Positions 7,799 through 16,221 are shown, counted from the first letter of the stretch. The stretch: DNA of 47,169 nucleotides from a virus (IMGVR_UViG_3300045988_038165:1-47169), one strand, 5' to 3'. The notes: generated from the letters alone by a model not told the origin. Numbers and translations are program-made.

Positions 7799-7972
7799 AT
7801 GAATCAGAATGAAGTGCATGTTTGTCCGTATTGCGGAGGCGATTTATACCTCTGGCAATCTTATCCGGTTTTTAGCAAAGAATATTGCGATTACGATTGT
7901 GAGCCGGAACAAGAAGAAGAAAATATTTATAAATGTAGTGAATGTGGAAGGGAGGTCATAGATGTCGAGTGA
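7799..7972 (+). CDS. Small zinc-ribbon-like protein (57 aa, below the track cutoff)
   Basis: MNQNEVHVCPYCGG...YKCSECGREV has two CxxC pairs. The ORF overlaps the next ORF's start. Confidence 0.5.
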   Translation: MNQNEVHVCPYCGGDLYLWQSYPVFSKEYCDYDCEPEQEEENIYKCSECGREVIDVE

Positions 7973-8210
7973 TTTTAAGATTAATGAAGCCATTTTAAAC
8001 GCTAAGTTGAACGGCTTAAAAGTGAGTAAAAAAGAGATAGCTGAAATGTTGTGGGAGGATACAAAGCCAAAATCAAGAACGGTAAACATGTCCTCTCTTT
8101 GCAACCGGAGGACACGAAAGATTAATATCGAGTGGGTGTCAAAGATATGTGAGGCTACCGGAGTGGACGCAAATTTTCTGTTTAACATAAAACCAAAAAA
8201 CAATGATTAA
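7962..8210 (+). CDS. XRE/Cro-like helix-turn-helix protein
   Basis: SKKEIAEMLW...VNMSSLCNRRTRKINIEWVSKICEATGVDANFLF fits an HTH_3-type layout. Confidence 0.5.
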   Translation: MSSDFKINEAILNAKLNGLKVSKKEIAEMLWEDTKPKSRTVNMSSLCNRRTRKINIEWVSKICEATGVDANFLFNIKPKNND

Positions 8211-8820
8211 AAATTTATCAAAGATTCAAAACGAGATGAACGTCAAAAAAGGACGTTATAATAAGTTCGGAGGTTATTATTATCGTTCATGTGAGGACAT
8301 TTTGCAAACAGCAAAAGAAGTGTGTGAGAAATACGGCTGTTATGTGAATGTTACAGACACGATAGAATATATTGAAGGTCGATTCTATGTTAAAGCGACT
8401 GCAAAGGTTGTGGATATAGAAACCGGAGAATCAGAAACGGCAACTGCATTTGCCCGTGAGGAAGAAAGCAAAAAAGGAATGGACGGTGCACAGTTGACCG
8501 GAGCAACCTCAAGCTACGCACGTAAATACGCCCTCTGTGGACTTTTCGCAATTGATGATAGTATAGATAACGATTCATTAAACGGAACGCAGGAAAACGA
8601 AGGAAAAGCGGCAAATAAGAAGGGTGCTAGATCTTCATCAACAAGTCAACCGGATAACTCACAGAGTCAAACATCCATTTTGGTAGGATACGTCAACGAG
8701 TGTACAACGGTTGAACAACTGAGTAATTTGTTTAAAGCTAATCAAGCATATCAATCGGATAGTACATTTATGAATGCGCTATCTAAGAAGAGAGCCGAAA
8801 TTGAAAAAAGAAGTAATTAA
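8203..8820 (+). CDS. erf: ERF-family single-strand annealing protein
   Basis: FGGYYYRSCEDIL... and GATSSYARKYALCGLFAID are typical ERF motifs. A low-complexity C-tail follows. Confidence 0.7.
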   Translation: MIKNLSKIQNEMNVKKGRYNKFGGYYYRSCEDILQTAKEVCEKYGCYVNVTDTIEYIEGRFYVKATAKVVDIETGESETATAFAREEESKKGMDGAQLTGATSSYARKYALCGLFAIDDSIDNDSLNGTQENEGKAANKKGARSSSTSQPDNSQSQTSILVGYVNECTTVEQLSNLFKANQAYQSDSTFMNALSKKRAEIEKRSN

Positions 8821-8838
8821 CAATAAAAATTAATAAGT

Positions 8839-9780
8839 ATGAAAGATATTATAACAATACCCAAACTTAATCAATCAGATGTTATCTACATTGAAGAAAC
8901 ACATGAGTATTTCACACCGGACTTCAAGAAACTTCATGGTATAACCGGATTCATCAACGAACAATTGTTTCCCGGCAAACTTGACGGTATCCCGGAAAGC
9001 GTTTTATCCCTTGCTACTGAGCGAGGGAAACGAGTGCATGAAGAATGTGAAAATATAGATAATGAAGGAATTGAAGCCGAATCAAAGCAAGGTGAAAACT
9101 ACCTCAGATTGAAAGGTGATTTCGGACTAACTCACATTGCCTCAGAATATATAGTAACAGATAACGAGTTTATCGCATCACCGATTGATAAGGTGTATTT
9201 AGGCAGATACTCCGACTCTGTTATATTAGGAGACATAAAAACTACATACAAATTAGATATGTTATATCTATCATGGCAGTTATCAATCTATGCGTATTTT
9301 TTCGAGAGGCAGAACTCACATTTAAGGGTAGACGCTTTGTTAGCTATATGGCTGAGAGGCGAAGATACAGACAGTATTGTTCAGGTTGAACGGATACCCG
9401 ACAAAGAGATAGAGATATTTCTTCAATGTTGCAAAGAAGGCTTGAAATACGTAGATAATTGTAGTGCTGATTCATACGTTGCTAAATTAAACGATCTTCC
9501 GGCAAAGGTTGGTAACGTTGAGGAATCAGTATATCAGTTAATCGAAATGCAAAAGACGCTTGACGAACAAATGAATAAGTTTAAATCTCAGTTACTCGAA
9601 ATGATGAAAGAGGCGAAAGCGGACAATATCAAAGGTGACTTGATTACAATCACACGAAAGAAGGCATATCAAAGAGAATCATTTGACGCAAAAGCAATGA
9701 AAGACAAGTATCCTGACGTGTACGATGAATTTGTTAAGTTGTCAGACGTGAAAGAATCTATTCAAATTAAAGCGAAATAG
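8839..9780 (+). CDS. PD-(D/E)XK (RecB/Cas4-like) exonuclease
   Basis: ILGDIKTTYKL (D/E-x-K) and QLSIYAYFF (QxxxY) motifs. Adjacent to erf. Confidence 0.6.
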   Translation: MKDIITIPKLNQSDVIYIEETHEYFTPDFKKLHGITGFINEQLFPGKLDGIPESVLSLATERGKRVHEECENIDNEGIEAESKQGENYLRLKGDFGLTHIASEYIVTDNEFIASPIDKVYLGRYSDSVILGDIKTTYKLDMLYLSWQLSIYAYFFERQNSHLRVDALLAIWLRGEDTDSIVQVERIPDKEIEIFLQCCKEGLKYVDNCSADSYVAKLNDLPAKVGNVEESVYQLIEMQKTLDEQMNKFKSQLLEMMKEAKADNIKGDLITITRKKAYQRESFDAKAMKDKYPDVYDEFVKLSDVKESIQIKAK

Positions 9781-9782
9781 TT

Positions 9783-10085
9783 ATGGTTATAGATGAAAAG
9801 ATAGCGAACGAGATCGGCTTAGAGGCTGCTGCCGTATATTCGGAAATGATTCTTATCCTTTGTACTGGAATGTACAGAGAAAAGTTTAAAGGATGTCGAG
9901 TTAAACAAGTTCCCAACACAGTTTTCGTTTCGATAGCAAAGCTTAAAGAAGTGATACCCTTCATGTCTACGAAGAAATTGTATAATGCCGTAAATCGTCT
10001 CGTAGAACACGGATATATAAAAGAGGCTAATTATCGGTTACCAGGGATGAACACGACTAAATGCTATCAGATGGTAGAGAGATAG
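9783..10085 (+). CDS. Winged-helix-like DNA-binding protein, paralogous to the N-terminus of 12302..13270
   Basis: DEKIANEIGLEAAAVYS...IPFMSTKKLYNAVNRLVEHGYIKE aligns with DDKIATELGIEAACVLH...FPYMNSLKVYRVIGKLEEEGYILK. Confidence 0.45.
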   Translation: MVIDEKIANEIGLEAAAVYSEMILILCTGMYREKFKGCRVKQVPNTVFVSIAKLKEVIPFMSTKKLYNAVNRLVEHGYIKEANYRLPGMNTTKCYQMVER

Positions 10086-10107
10086 AGCCGGTTCTAATTG
10101 TGATATG

Positions 10108-10146
10108 CACCCCACTTGCAAGCGTTGTGAGTGGGGTGTTTTTTTT
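10108..10146 (+). terminator. Rho-independent terminator
   Basis: CACCCCACT / AGTGGGGTG 9-bp stem followed by T8. Confidence 0.8.
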
Positions 10147-10362
10147 GTAAAATGTTGATTTACAGCCTTGACGCAATTTTGCGTTCGGTGAATATATTAA
10201 TAATACTTGTATATCCAAAATTGGTGATACCTTTAGGGTATGCGGAAAATTACGCAGACCCCCTCAGTTTTGAGTTGGTTCTAATTATCAGACAGTTACA
10301 AATAAATAAATGTTAAAGTTTAAAATAACAATGTTTTTGTTTGCAATCAAAACTATTTATCA

Positions 10363-10370
10363 TATCTTTG
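10363..10370 (+). promoter_or_regulatory. -7 box TAtcTTTG
   Basis: 29 nt upstream of ATG 10399. Confidence 0.5.
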
Positions 10371-10398
10371 TAGAGTCAAATCAAAAACAATATATGAT

Positions 10399-10599
10399 AT
10401 GAATTTAGAGAATCTTTTTAAAATTAAAAATGTCGCTGATTATATGCGATGCAGTCCAACGTGGGTAATGAAGTTAATTAAAGCAGGTAAATTGAAACAT
10501 GTTAAAATTGACGGTGCGTATTTTGTTGTTCTTACAGGTGAGGAACTTGAAAAATACAAGGAGTTTAGAAAGGAGCTTGACGAATTGTTAAGCAAATAA
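10399..10599 (+). CDS. Small HTH protein (MerR/excisionase-like HTH_17 type)
   Basis: VADYMRCSPTWVMKLIKAGKLKHVKIDG pattern. Confidence 0.45.
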   Translation: MNLENLFKIKNVADYMRCSPTWVMKLIKAGKLKHVKIDGAYFVVLTGEELEKYKEFRKELDELLSK

Positions 10600-10636
10600 T
10601 AATTAATAATTAAAATTTAAAATTATAGAATCTAAT

Positions 10637-11374
10637 TTGTCTAAAGTTGGCGAAACTATAAACGCAAAAGAGTATATGACTTCGAGAGAAATTGCGGAAA
10701 TTGCAGGTAGAAACCACAAGGATGTTATGCGGTCTATTCGTGATATGGAAGACGCATGGGTCAAAGTTAACGGGCGCAATTTTGCGCTTGTTGAATATAC
10801 AGACATAAAAGGAGAGAAACGTCCTATGTATAAGCTAAATAAAACAGAGTGTCTATACATTGCAACCAAGTTCAATGACGAAGCGAGGGCTAAACTTGTT
10901 ATACGGTGGGAAGAACTGGAAAGAGCTAACAGCATGGGGAACTTTAACGTTCCTAAATCATTCCGTGAAGCCTTGTTACTTGCTGCCGAACAACAGGAAG
11001 TTATCGAAAATCAGCAAAAACAGATCGAGGAAAAGAACGCAAAGATAGAGTCTGATAAACCGAAAGTTCTGTTTAGCGAAGCGGTCGAAGCATCTAAGAA
11101 GTCTATTCTTATACGTGAACTGGCAAAAATAATCACTCAAAACGGTTATCAGATCGGAGAAAAGCAACTGTATGAACGCCTCAGAAAAGCAGGTTATCTT
11201 TGCAGCGTAGGAGAATCACGCAATCAGCCGTCTCAAGCATACATGAACATGGGTCTGTTTGAGATTAAGAAACGGGTGATAGTAACTGGTGAGGAATCTA
11301 AGGTTTGTACAACTACGGTTTTAACTCCGAAAGGAGTAAGGTATTTTGTGAATAAGTTTTTAGGTAAGAAGTAA
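10637..11374 (+). CDS. Rha-N / KilAC antirepressor-like protein, paralogue 2 (TTG start)
   Basis: MTSREIAEIAGRNHKDVMRSIR plus a KilAC-like C-terminal half. There is no in-frame ATG upstream, so the only plausible start is TTG 10637. Confidence 0.7.
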   Translation: MSKVGETINAKEYMTSREIAEIAGRNHKDVMRSIRDMEDAWVKVNGRNFALVEYTDIKGEKRPMYKLNKTECLYIATKFNDEARAKLVIRWEELERANSMGNFNVPKSFREALLLAAEQQEVIENQQKQIEEKNAKIESDKPKVLFSEAVEASKKSILIRELAKIITQNGYQIGEKQLYERLRKAGYLCSVGESRNQPSQAYMNMGLFEIKKRVIVTGEESKVCTTTVLTPKGVRYFVNKFLGKK

Positions 11375-11415
11375 ATAAACAAATAACATGGCAGGGTAAC
11401 ACCTGCCTATAAAAC
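11348..11415 (+). repeat. Gene-end + hairpin module, copy 1 (GGCAGG-GTAACA-CCTGCC at 11390..11407)
   Basis: GTGAATAAGTTTTTAGGTAAGAAGTAAATAA...CATGGCAGGGTAACACCTGCCTATAAAAC. It is repeated at 11923 and partly at 12259. Confidence 0.85.
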
Positions 11416-11424
11416 AGATTAGAA

Positions 11425-11907
11425 ATGATTAAAATTTTTGAAAGTTCGGCTGCTGCTACCGATGAATGGTACACACCGAAAGAAATAATAGACAGTTTAG
11501 GCAAATTTGACCTCGACCCGTGCGCTCCCATAAGTCCACTTTGGCAGACAGCTAAGATAATGTACAATAAGAGCGATGACGGGCTAACGAAGGAGTGGGC
11601 GGGCCGTGTTTGGCTGAATCCTCCATACTCCAAACCGCTTATGTGGCAGTTTGTAGAGAAATTGGCAGAACACGGCAACGGTATAGCACTACTTTTTAGC
11701 CGGTGTGACAGTCATAAATTTCAAGACATCATCTTCGCGAAAGCAACAGGTATGATGTTTTTGAGGAATCGAATAAAATTCTTCCGTCCCGATGGAACAC
11801 GTGGGGACAGCCCCGGTTGTGGTAGCATTTTAATCGCTTTCGGCGAAGAGAATGCAGAAGTATTAAGGACATGCGACCTCACAGGTAAATATGTACGACT
11901 CAATTAG
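11425..11907 (+). CDS. dam: Phage Dam-family DNA N6-adenine methyltransferase, copy 2 (intact)
   Basis: Motifs DEWYTP, DPC, NPPYS and SPGCGSILIAFG; 160 aa. Confidence 0.8.
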   Translation: MIKIFESSAAATDEWYTPKEIIDSLGKFDLDPCAPISPLWQTAKIMYNKSDDGLTKEWAGRVWLNPPYSKPLMWQFVEKLAEHGNGIALLFSRCDSHKFQDIIFAKATGMMFLRNRIKFFRPDGTRGDSPGCGSILIAFGEENAEVLRTCDLTGKYVRLN

Positions 11908-11922
11908 GGGCAAACGTACTTC

Positions 11923-11983
11923 GTGAATAAATTTTTAGGTAAGAAGTAAATAACATGGCGGGGTAATACCCGCCTATAAAAAC
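11923..11983 (+). repeat. Gene-end + hairpin module, copy 2 (GGCGGG-GTAATA-CCCGCC at 11957..11974)
   Basis: GTGAATAAATTTTTAGGTAAGAAGTAAATAACATGGCGGGGTAATACCCGCCTATAAAAAC. This is a non-coding relic of the ...YFVNKFLGKK-stop end of 10637..11374. Confidence 0.85.
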
Positions 11984-12012
11984 TATATTAATTAACTAAT
12001 AATAGAATAAAT

Positions 12013-12237
12013 ATGAATGATATTAAAAAGATTTCGATTGTTTGTAGTGCTGGTGCTGAAACATATCAGATAGGACAAAAAGTTAATGGTAGAATAGTAT
12101 CAAAAATAGAGAGATTAAGCGGTTTTGAGGACTCTGAAGAACGTTTTTTTTCGGGGTGTTTTATTGTTAAAGATAAAGAGGGCTATCCTATTTCTGAAAT
12201 TAGCGATAATACACCATATGTTATTGAATATGTATAA
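12013..12237 (+). CDS. Hypothetical protein (74 aa)
   Basis: ATG ORF bounded by hairpin modules 2 and 3. Confidence 0.5.
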   Translation: MNDIKKISIVCSAGAETYQIGQKVNGRIVSKIERLSGFEDSEERFFSGCFIVKDKEGYPISEISDNTPYVIEYV

Positions 12238-12294
12238 TAAATAAATAAATAAATAAATAAATAACATGGCAGGGTAACACCTGCCTATAAAAAC
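12238..12294 (+). repeat. (TAAA)6 microsatellite (12238..12261) plus hairpin module copy 3 (GGCAGG-GTAACA-CCTGCC at 12268..12285)
   Basis: Read directly: TAAATAAATAAATAAATAAATAAATAACATGGCAGGGTAACACCTGCCTATAAAAAC. Confidence 0.9.
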
Positions 12295-12301
12295 GAATAT
12301 T

Positions 12302-13270
12302 ATGATACATTGTTTTGATGATAAAATAGCAACGGAACTGGGTATAGAAGCTGCATGTGTCTTGCACAATTTTGCGTTTTGGATAAACAAGAATATAGCA
12401 GATAACCGCAATTATTTTGAAGGTAGATACTGGACTTATAACACAAGGGAGGCGTTATCTAAACTATTCCCATATATGAACTCATTGAAGGTATATAGAG
12501 TTATCGGAAAGTTGGAAGAAGAAGGATATATATTAAAGGGAAATTTTAATAAATCACGTATGGATCGCACAACGTGGTATGCGCTTACAAAAAAGTGTAT
12601 TAACATGTTAGTTTCATGTGGTTATACAGTGATAGGATACTCTGATACGAATTATCAAAAATGCAAAATGCAAGTTGAAAATATGAATAATGCAAGTTGC
12701 ATGAATGAACAGACTATACCAGATAGTATATATACAGATAGTAATACTAAATTGACTAACGTCAATTATAGTATAGCCACGCGCGAAGAAACAGACATAT
12801 TCGGTGAGCAATCAAATAACGATCCTATACCCTCCGAGATATTTGGATTCACAGCTAAAGGACTTGACGTAACAAAGAAAACAATCGAAAGGACAGATAA
12901 GCTATTTACTCAGCTAACATTTCCTTTCGAGTCCGAGGACTTTAAACGCTTATTCTACGTTCTAATGACTCAACCGAAATGGCGTGTAAAGACAAAGACC
13001 CTAACAGCTATGCAAGCTAACTTAAACGAGATAGCGCAATTTGAAGAAGAATTTGCTAAAAGCCTTATTCAACAAAGTATATCGAAAGGGTGGGCATCAC
13101 TGGTGTACGAGTCAACTCCTAAACAATATATGCAATGGCTGAGAGAGAAAACGGGAGCTACTAACCAATATCAGCAAAACAATTCTCAGCAATATAAGAC
13201 AAAGCAGTATTTTGCTAATGACGAGCATAGAGAAATATACGAGAGATACCTAACAGAGACGTTTGATTAA
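12302..13270 (+). CDS. Putative replication organiser / initiator-like protein (N-terminal winged-helix-like domain)
   Basis: The N-terminal domain is paralogous to 9783..10085, and the gene sits in the early replication/recombination block. The function is inferred. Confidence 0.35.
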   Translation: MIHCFDDKIATELGIEAACVLHNFAFWINKNIADNRNYFEGRYWTYNTREALSKLFPYMNSLKVYRVIGKLEEEGYILKGNFNKSRMDRTTWYALTKKCINMLVSCGYTVIGYSDTNYQKCKMQVENMNNASCMNEQTIPDSIYTDSNTKLTNVNYSIATREETDIFGEQSNNDPIPSEIFGFTAKGLDVTKKTIERTDKLFTQLTFPFESEDFKRLFYVLMTQPKWRVKTKTLTAMQANLNEIAQFEEEFAKSLIQQSISKGWASLVYESTPKQYMQWLREKTGATNQYQQNNSQQYKTKQYFANDEHREIYERYLTETFD

Positions 13271-13329
13271 CGAGAATGGCATTTGCTTTGCGAATTTAAG
13301 ACTTTCATAATAAAAACGAGTAATCTAAC

Positions 13330-14253
13330 ATGGAAATAGAGAAATATCAAAATAAAGGCGGAAAAGTGGCTTTATCGAGTGGCGTACTTCCGTCGTTCGT
13401 AGAGAGAAATAGAGAATTAATACAGTCTAATAAAATAAAGCAGCTTTCTAAGGTAGATCAGCGCATATTTGCAGAATCTACGAGAAAATTAATTTCCGAA
13501 GAAGAAAGCGAAGAAAAGAAAATAGAGTATTTAGGCATTATATTTATCGGGGTATGTTCTGATTTTGGCCTGAACGCTCCGGAGCGTAGTGCAGTTAAAA
13601 GCGTATTTTCTTCGATTTTTGATGTTGTAGACTTGTATTTTGATGATCTTTCATTCGCTGAAGTTAAACTTGCTTGGCGGTTGCTTGCTGTCGGTGAACT
13701 TGATAACTACCTGCCTAAAGATCGCTACGGGAGTCCGGATAAAAACCATTATGGCAGCTTGAATGTAGATTACGTAACGAAGATTTTGAAGGCATACAGA
13801 AAGCGTAAAGCGGACATGATGGCAAAAACTACTGCGCTATTGCCTGATAAGCCGAAAGCGACGCCGGAACAAGAAAGAGCGTTTTTGAATGTACAGGCTA
13901 ACAACTTTATTTTCGCTATTATGAAGTATAAATATAGCGGTCGCTTTAAGGCTGAATCTGATAGGCTTATAAGCGAGTCAACGTTCAAGTATATGGAACG
14001 GTTGGGGTATGACATGGATACTATACCGACATACGAGGATAAGAAGTTAGCTTTAGCGCAATTTAAAGGCAGACCGATAAATAGCTTTGCACAAGTGTTT
14101 GAAAAGGAATGTTTATCGACTTTCGGAATAGAACATGAAGCAGTTTATTTTCGTGCTTTAATGATAGCAAAGAAACGTTTGTTATTCCGGTACTGGGACG
14201 AAATGCTGATAGAGGAAGATAGCATAAAAGATTTGTATTACTATAAACATTAA
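13330..14253 (+). CDS. Hypothetical protein (307 aa)
   Basis: Long ATG ORF with no motif recognised. Confidence 0.6.
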   Translation: MEIEKYQNKGGKVALSSGVLPSFVERNRELIQSNKIKQLSKVDQRIFAESTRKLISEEESEEKKIEYLGIIFIGVCSDFGLNAPERSAVKSVFSSIFDVVDLYFDDLSFAEVKLAWRLLAVGELDNYLPKDRYGSPDKNHYGSLNVDYVTKILKAYRKRKADMMAKTTALLPDKPKATPEQERAFLNVQANNFIFAIMKYKYSGRFKAESDRLISESTFKYMERLGYDMDTIPTYEDKKLALAQFKGRPINSFAQVFEKECLSTFGIEHEAVYFRALMIAKKRLLFRYWDEMLIEEDSIKDLYYYKH

Positions 14254-14257
14254 AAAC

Positions 14258-14848
14258 ATGGAAATTAATATTTTAGTTGGAATTGACCCCGGTGTATCAG
14301 CCGGGGGGATAGCAATTTATAAGCCGGGTAGCCCGCTTGTCACTGTGAAAATGCCGGAAAAACCTTTGGAGATATACAATCTATTCAAAAAGATCAAGCG
14401 TTCCGGTAGCCCGATGATTGTTGTTGAGAGGCTGTCAATTAGGGGTGATGATACAGGAGGTAAGCAATATCGCATAGTTACCATGCTTGAAAACTACAAC
14501 AACCTTGTATGCTGTGCGAAAGTCCTCGAAATTCCTTTAGTGCTCGTTACTCCGATGACGTGGCAAACTGGTTTAGGTCTGAGGGTGAAGGGGGCGAAAG
14601 AGGACAAGTCGCTGAGAAAAGAGAAATATTTCCAGTTTGCTAAACGTTCCTTCCCGACTGGTAACGTCTTTAAGTGGAATAGTGATGCGGTTTGCATACT
14701 TCGTTTTACTCAATTGATGATGGCGAATAAACCTAAATGGATATCGGAGCATTTAGTCAATAGCTCAGATTGTGTGTTTTCTTTTGATTTAACGGACGAC
14801 TCCCTTAGATACAATAGATTGCTCAGGAATGAAAGAAAAGTTGAATAG
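14258..14848 (+). CDS. RuvC-like Holliday junction resolvase
   Basis: N-terminal ILVGIDPGVSAGGIAIY (catalytic Asp in a GIDPG context) and VVERL are typical of the RuvC fold. Confidence 0.5.
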   Translation: MEINILVGIDPGVSAGGIAIYKPGSPLVTVKMPEKPLEIYNLFKKIKRSGSPMIVVERLSIRGDDTGGKQYRIVTMLENYNNLVCCAKVLEIPLVLVTPMTWQTGLGLRVKGAKEDKSLRKEKYFQFAKRSFPTGNVFKWNSDAVCILRFTQLMMANKPKWISEHLVNSSDCVFSFDLTDDSLRYNRLLRNERKVE

Positions 14849-15026
14849 CGGTCAAATAAACAATGAAATAAGCGATATTTTGATTCAATCTATCATAACC
14901 ATGCGAGGAAAGCAAAAAAGGTACGAAAGGTTCGGTGAAAAGTACAGGGAGGCCAAAGAGGCAGCAGAAAAGAAAGTAGATGATATTATTGCGAAGTTGA
15001 CCGACTCACAAGGCAGCTTATTCTAA
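14829..15026 (+). CDS. Hypothetical small protein (65 aa)
   Basis: ATG ORF overlapping the upstream gene by 20 nt and followed by a terminator. Confidence 0.4.
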   Translation: MKEKLNSGQINNEISDILIQSIITMRGKQKRYERFGEKYREAKEAAEKKVDDIIAKLTDSQGSLF

Positions 15027-15039
15027 ACAAAGGTTAAAT

Positions 15040-15071
15040 AACGGGTATTTCGGAAAGATTTACCCGTTTTT
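15040..15071 (+). terminator. Rho-independent terminator
   Basis: AACGGGTA (15040..15047) / TACCCGTT (15061..15068) followed by TTT. Confidence 0.65.
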
Positions 15072-15153
15072 ATTTGCGTATAATTAAAGTTTTGATTTAA
15101 TTTGCAATATCAAAATTAATCATAGTAGTAACGATTTAAAAACTTATTAAAGT

Positions 15154-15501
15154 ATGAATACTAATGAAATGACTATTGCTGATGTAATTAAATCACCGGA
15201 GTTTAAAGATGAATTAACAAATCAGCTTTGTACTATGCGTACAGATGTCGAACGAGCTAAAAACAGAATTCTTATAAAAGGCGGTTTAACAAAGAGAATT
15301 ATGTTAGATCGCATTGATGATATGACAGTTGACGATCTTATTGAAGAATTTGAAAAGATACTATTGAGAAAGAGCGATCTCCCTGCTGCTGTGCGTGGCT
15401 TTATTTCTTCTTTGTGTGGTAGTGTATTTGCTAAGGTATTTTCTAAAATGAAACAAAATGAAGCAAAACAGGATAACAATACCGGGAAAGGTAACGAGTA
15501 A
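15154..15501 (+). CDS. Hypothetical protein (115 aa)
   Basis: ATG ORF after a degenerate cassette (ATTAAAGTTTTGATTTAATTTGCAAT...GTAGTAACGATTTAAAAAC). Confidence 0.55.
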   Translation: MNTNEMTIADVIKSPEFKDELTNQLCTMRTDVERAKNRILIKGGLTKRIMLDRIDDMTVDDLIEEFEKILLRKSDLPAAVRGFISSLCGSVFAKVFSKMKQNEAKQDNNTGKGNE

Positions 15502-15898
15502 CGGACAGTTGCAGATGTACATGGGTGAGTTAAACGAATTTGCTAAACTGCACAAAGGAAAGAATATCATAGCAAGTTTTAGCGTTTACGAGCCTACGCA
15601 GTCGGTCGCCATGAAAGCATATTACTACAAAGTGGTAGTACCACAGTTTCAGAAAGGAATGTACGACAATGGCAACAGGTGGAGCGAGAAAGATACCGAA
15701 TTGTACATGCGGAACTTGTGTCCGGTAACAATGGGTGAGGTTGTGGATATTGAAACGGGTGAGTATCGGAGTGACCCGGTAAGTATCAACGACTTATCAA
15801 ATAGTGAGTTTGTAGAATATATTGATTTTTTAAAACAGTTTGCAGCCGAGGAACTGGGAATATTCATAGAGGATGCAACAAAATACGTAAAGAAATGA
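15458..15898 (+). CDS. Hypothetical protein, weakly NinB-like (start uncertain; an alternative in-frame ATG lies about 60 nt downstream, roughly 15515-15520, where the product reads MYMGELNEF)
   Basis: C-terminal LSNSEFVEYIDFLKQFAAEELGIFIED resembles the end of lambda NinB as I recall it. This is weak evidence. Confidence 0.3.
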   Translation: MKQNRITIPGKVTSNGQLQMYMGELNEFAKLHKGKNIIASFSVYEPTQSVAMKAYYYKVVVPQFQKGMYDNGNRWSEKDTELYMRNLCPVTMGEVVDIETGEYRSDPVSINDLSNSEFVEYIDFLKQFAAEELGIFIEDATKYVKK

Positions 15899-16221
15899 AA
15901 GAAGTTAGAGTAGAAGATTGCGAAATGACATTGAGAGAAAAATTTGATTTGATGTGCGAGGCTCTTTCGGTGTCACCGGATGCTATTTTAAGCCGGGAGA
16001 TTACGAGAGATATTTCAATTAGAAGAAACTGTATTATTCATCAGTTGTATGATTATCGTTTGGACGGTTTGCCGGAGCTATTGGATAGGACGAGGGCTTT
16101 AATAGTGATAGCGCACCGCAAATTTCAAAACCGGTTGGAGGTTAACGATCCGTTGGCTGTTGAATACAAGCGATTAGTTGATGAAAGATTGGAGAGTTAT
16201 TTGAATGGCGAAGAAGAATAA
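15895..16221 (+). CDS. Hypothetical protein (108 aa)
   Basis: ATGA overlap with the upstream stop. Confidence 0.5.
   Translation: MKEVRVEDCEMTLREKFDLMCEALSVSPDAILSREITRDISIRRNCIIHQLYDYRLDGLPELLDRTRALIVIAHRKFQNRLEVNDPLAVEYKRLVDERLESYLNGEEE

Noticed and set aside
10131-10316. 61-aa + strand ORF in the 10086..10398 gap.
   Set aside because: It starts with GTG inside the right arm of a strong terminator stem, has a hydrophobic low-complexity translation and no promoter. I treat it as non-coding.
10399-10599. The excisionase-like HTH protein as evidence of a temperate lifestyle.
   Set aside because: I found no integrase, no attP-like feature and no repressor. Small HTH_17-type proteins are common transcription regulators in virulent phages as well.
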